Below the pieces are notes generated by a model, which was given only the letters and a program-made list of their open reading frames with translations, ran no database searches and had not been told where the DNA came from. Shown here piece by piece: positions 1 through 344 of a DNA stretch of 344 bases. This stretch comes from Escherichia coli. Lineage in GTDB: Bacteria > Pseudomonadota > Gammaproteobacteria > Enterobacterales > Enterobacteriaceae. Made by a program: the position numbers and the translations under genes. Within the stretch, counting starts at the first letter, position 1; each line of letters opens with the position of its first letter. The stretch lies in the NCBI RefSeq assembly GCF_003334315.1, contig NZ_QOWR01000136.1. The stretch is one strand, 5' to 3'.

Positions 1-344
1 CCGATGACTTTGTCATGCAGCTCCACCGATTTTGAGAACGACAGCGACTTCCGTCCCAGCCGTGCCAGGTGCTGCCTCAGATTCAGGTTATGCCGCTCAA
101 TTCGCTGCGTATATCGCTTGCTGATTACGTGCAGCTTTCCCTTCAGGCGGGATTCATACAGCGGCCAGCCATCCGTCATCCATACCACGACCTCAAAGGC
201 CGACAGCAGGCTCAGAAGACGCTCCAGTGTGGCCAGAGTGCGTTCACCGAAGACGTGCGCCACAACCGTCCTCCGTATCCTGTCATACGCGTAAAACAGC
301 CAGCGCTGACGTGATTTAGCACCGACGTAGCCCCACTGTTCGTC
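1..344 (-). mobile_element. Internal fragment of an IS1-family insertion sequence (divergent or mosaic isoform); both element ends lie outside the window
   Basis: The reverse complement of the window matches, along its whole length, the insB portion of IS1 as I recall it (e.g. ...GATGACGGATGGCTGGCCGCTGTATGAATCCCGCCTGAAGGGAAAGCTGCACGTAATCAGCAAGCGATATACGCAGCGAATTGAGCGGCATAACCTGAATCTGAGGCAGCACCTGGCACGGCTGGGACGGAAGTCGCTGTCGTTCTCAAAATCGGTGGAGCTGCATGACAAAGTCATCGG). No terminal inverted repeat or target-site duplication is visible because the window is internal to the element. Identification is from memory of the IS1 sequence, not a database search. Confidence 0.93.
1..344 (-). CDS. insB: IS1 transposase InsB / InsAB' C-terminal region, partial at both ends (5' part of insB and the stop codon lie outside the window)
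   Basis: The minus-strand frame with codons running from 344 down to 3 is open across the window: 114 sense codons and no stop. It translates to [115 protein letters not shown], which is collinear with IS1 InsB as recalled (...[124 protein letters not shown]). It is missing from the supplied ORF track presumably because it has neither start nor stop codon inside the window. Confidence 0.92.

Noticed and set aside
4-294. Plus-strand 96-aa ORF from the supplied track ([39 protein letters not shown]...)
   Set aside because: It is antisense to the well-supported minus-strand insB frame. Its Arg/Cys/Ser-rich, low-complexity composition is typical of a reverse-strand read-through of a coding region, it resembles no protein family I recognise, and it has no convincing ribosome-binding site context. 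It is a spurious ORF.
69-314. Plus-strand 81-aa ORF from the supplied track ([26 protein letters not shown]...)
   Set aside because: It is also antisense to insB and overlaps the other plus-strand ORF in a different frame; both cannot be real. Neither is known as a gene within IS1. It is an artefact of an open antisense frame.
185-327. Possibility that the divergent block marks a degraded insB pseudogene
   Set aside because: The frame is intact with no stops or indels, and the changes are a mix of synonymous and conservative substitutions. That fits a functional divergent isoform better than decay, although the full gene is not visible.
1-344. Possibility that the window encodes a novel or previously undescribed system
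   Set aside because: The entire window is accounted for by a single well-known element, the IS1 transposase gene. No unexplained intergenic sequence, repeats, CRISPR-like arrays or additional ORFs remain.
1-344. Search for promoters, terminators, tRNA or other ncRNA, or tandem or inverted repeats
   Set aside because: The window is wholly intragenic and I found no notable hairpin followed by a T-run, no direct-repeat array, and no RNA-gene-like structure. The only palindrome noticed is a trivial 6-bp ACGCGT at 288-293.

Overview
The whole 344-bp window is an internal fragment of an IS1-family insertion sequence, lying in reverse orientation; I see no novel or undescribed system here. The minus strand carries one uninterrupted reading frame of 114 codons, with no start or stop inside the window, that translates to the C-terminal two-thirds of the IS1 InsB / InsAB' transposase ([21 protein letters not shown]...[60 protein letters not shown]). 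The two plus-strand ORFs in the supplied track are antisense artefacts of this gene. The terminal inverted repeats, insA, the A-run frameshift site and the insB stop codon all lie outside the window, so completeness of the element and its insertion target cannot be judged. The one notable point is a mosaic pattern against the canonical E. coli K-12 IS1 as I recall it: positions 1-184 appear identical, while positions 185-327 carry about 20 substitutions, suggesting a recombinant or divergent IS1 isoform. All identity and divergence figures rest on a reference recalled from memory, not a database search.
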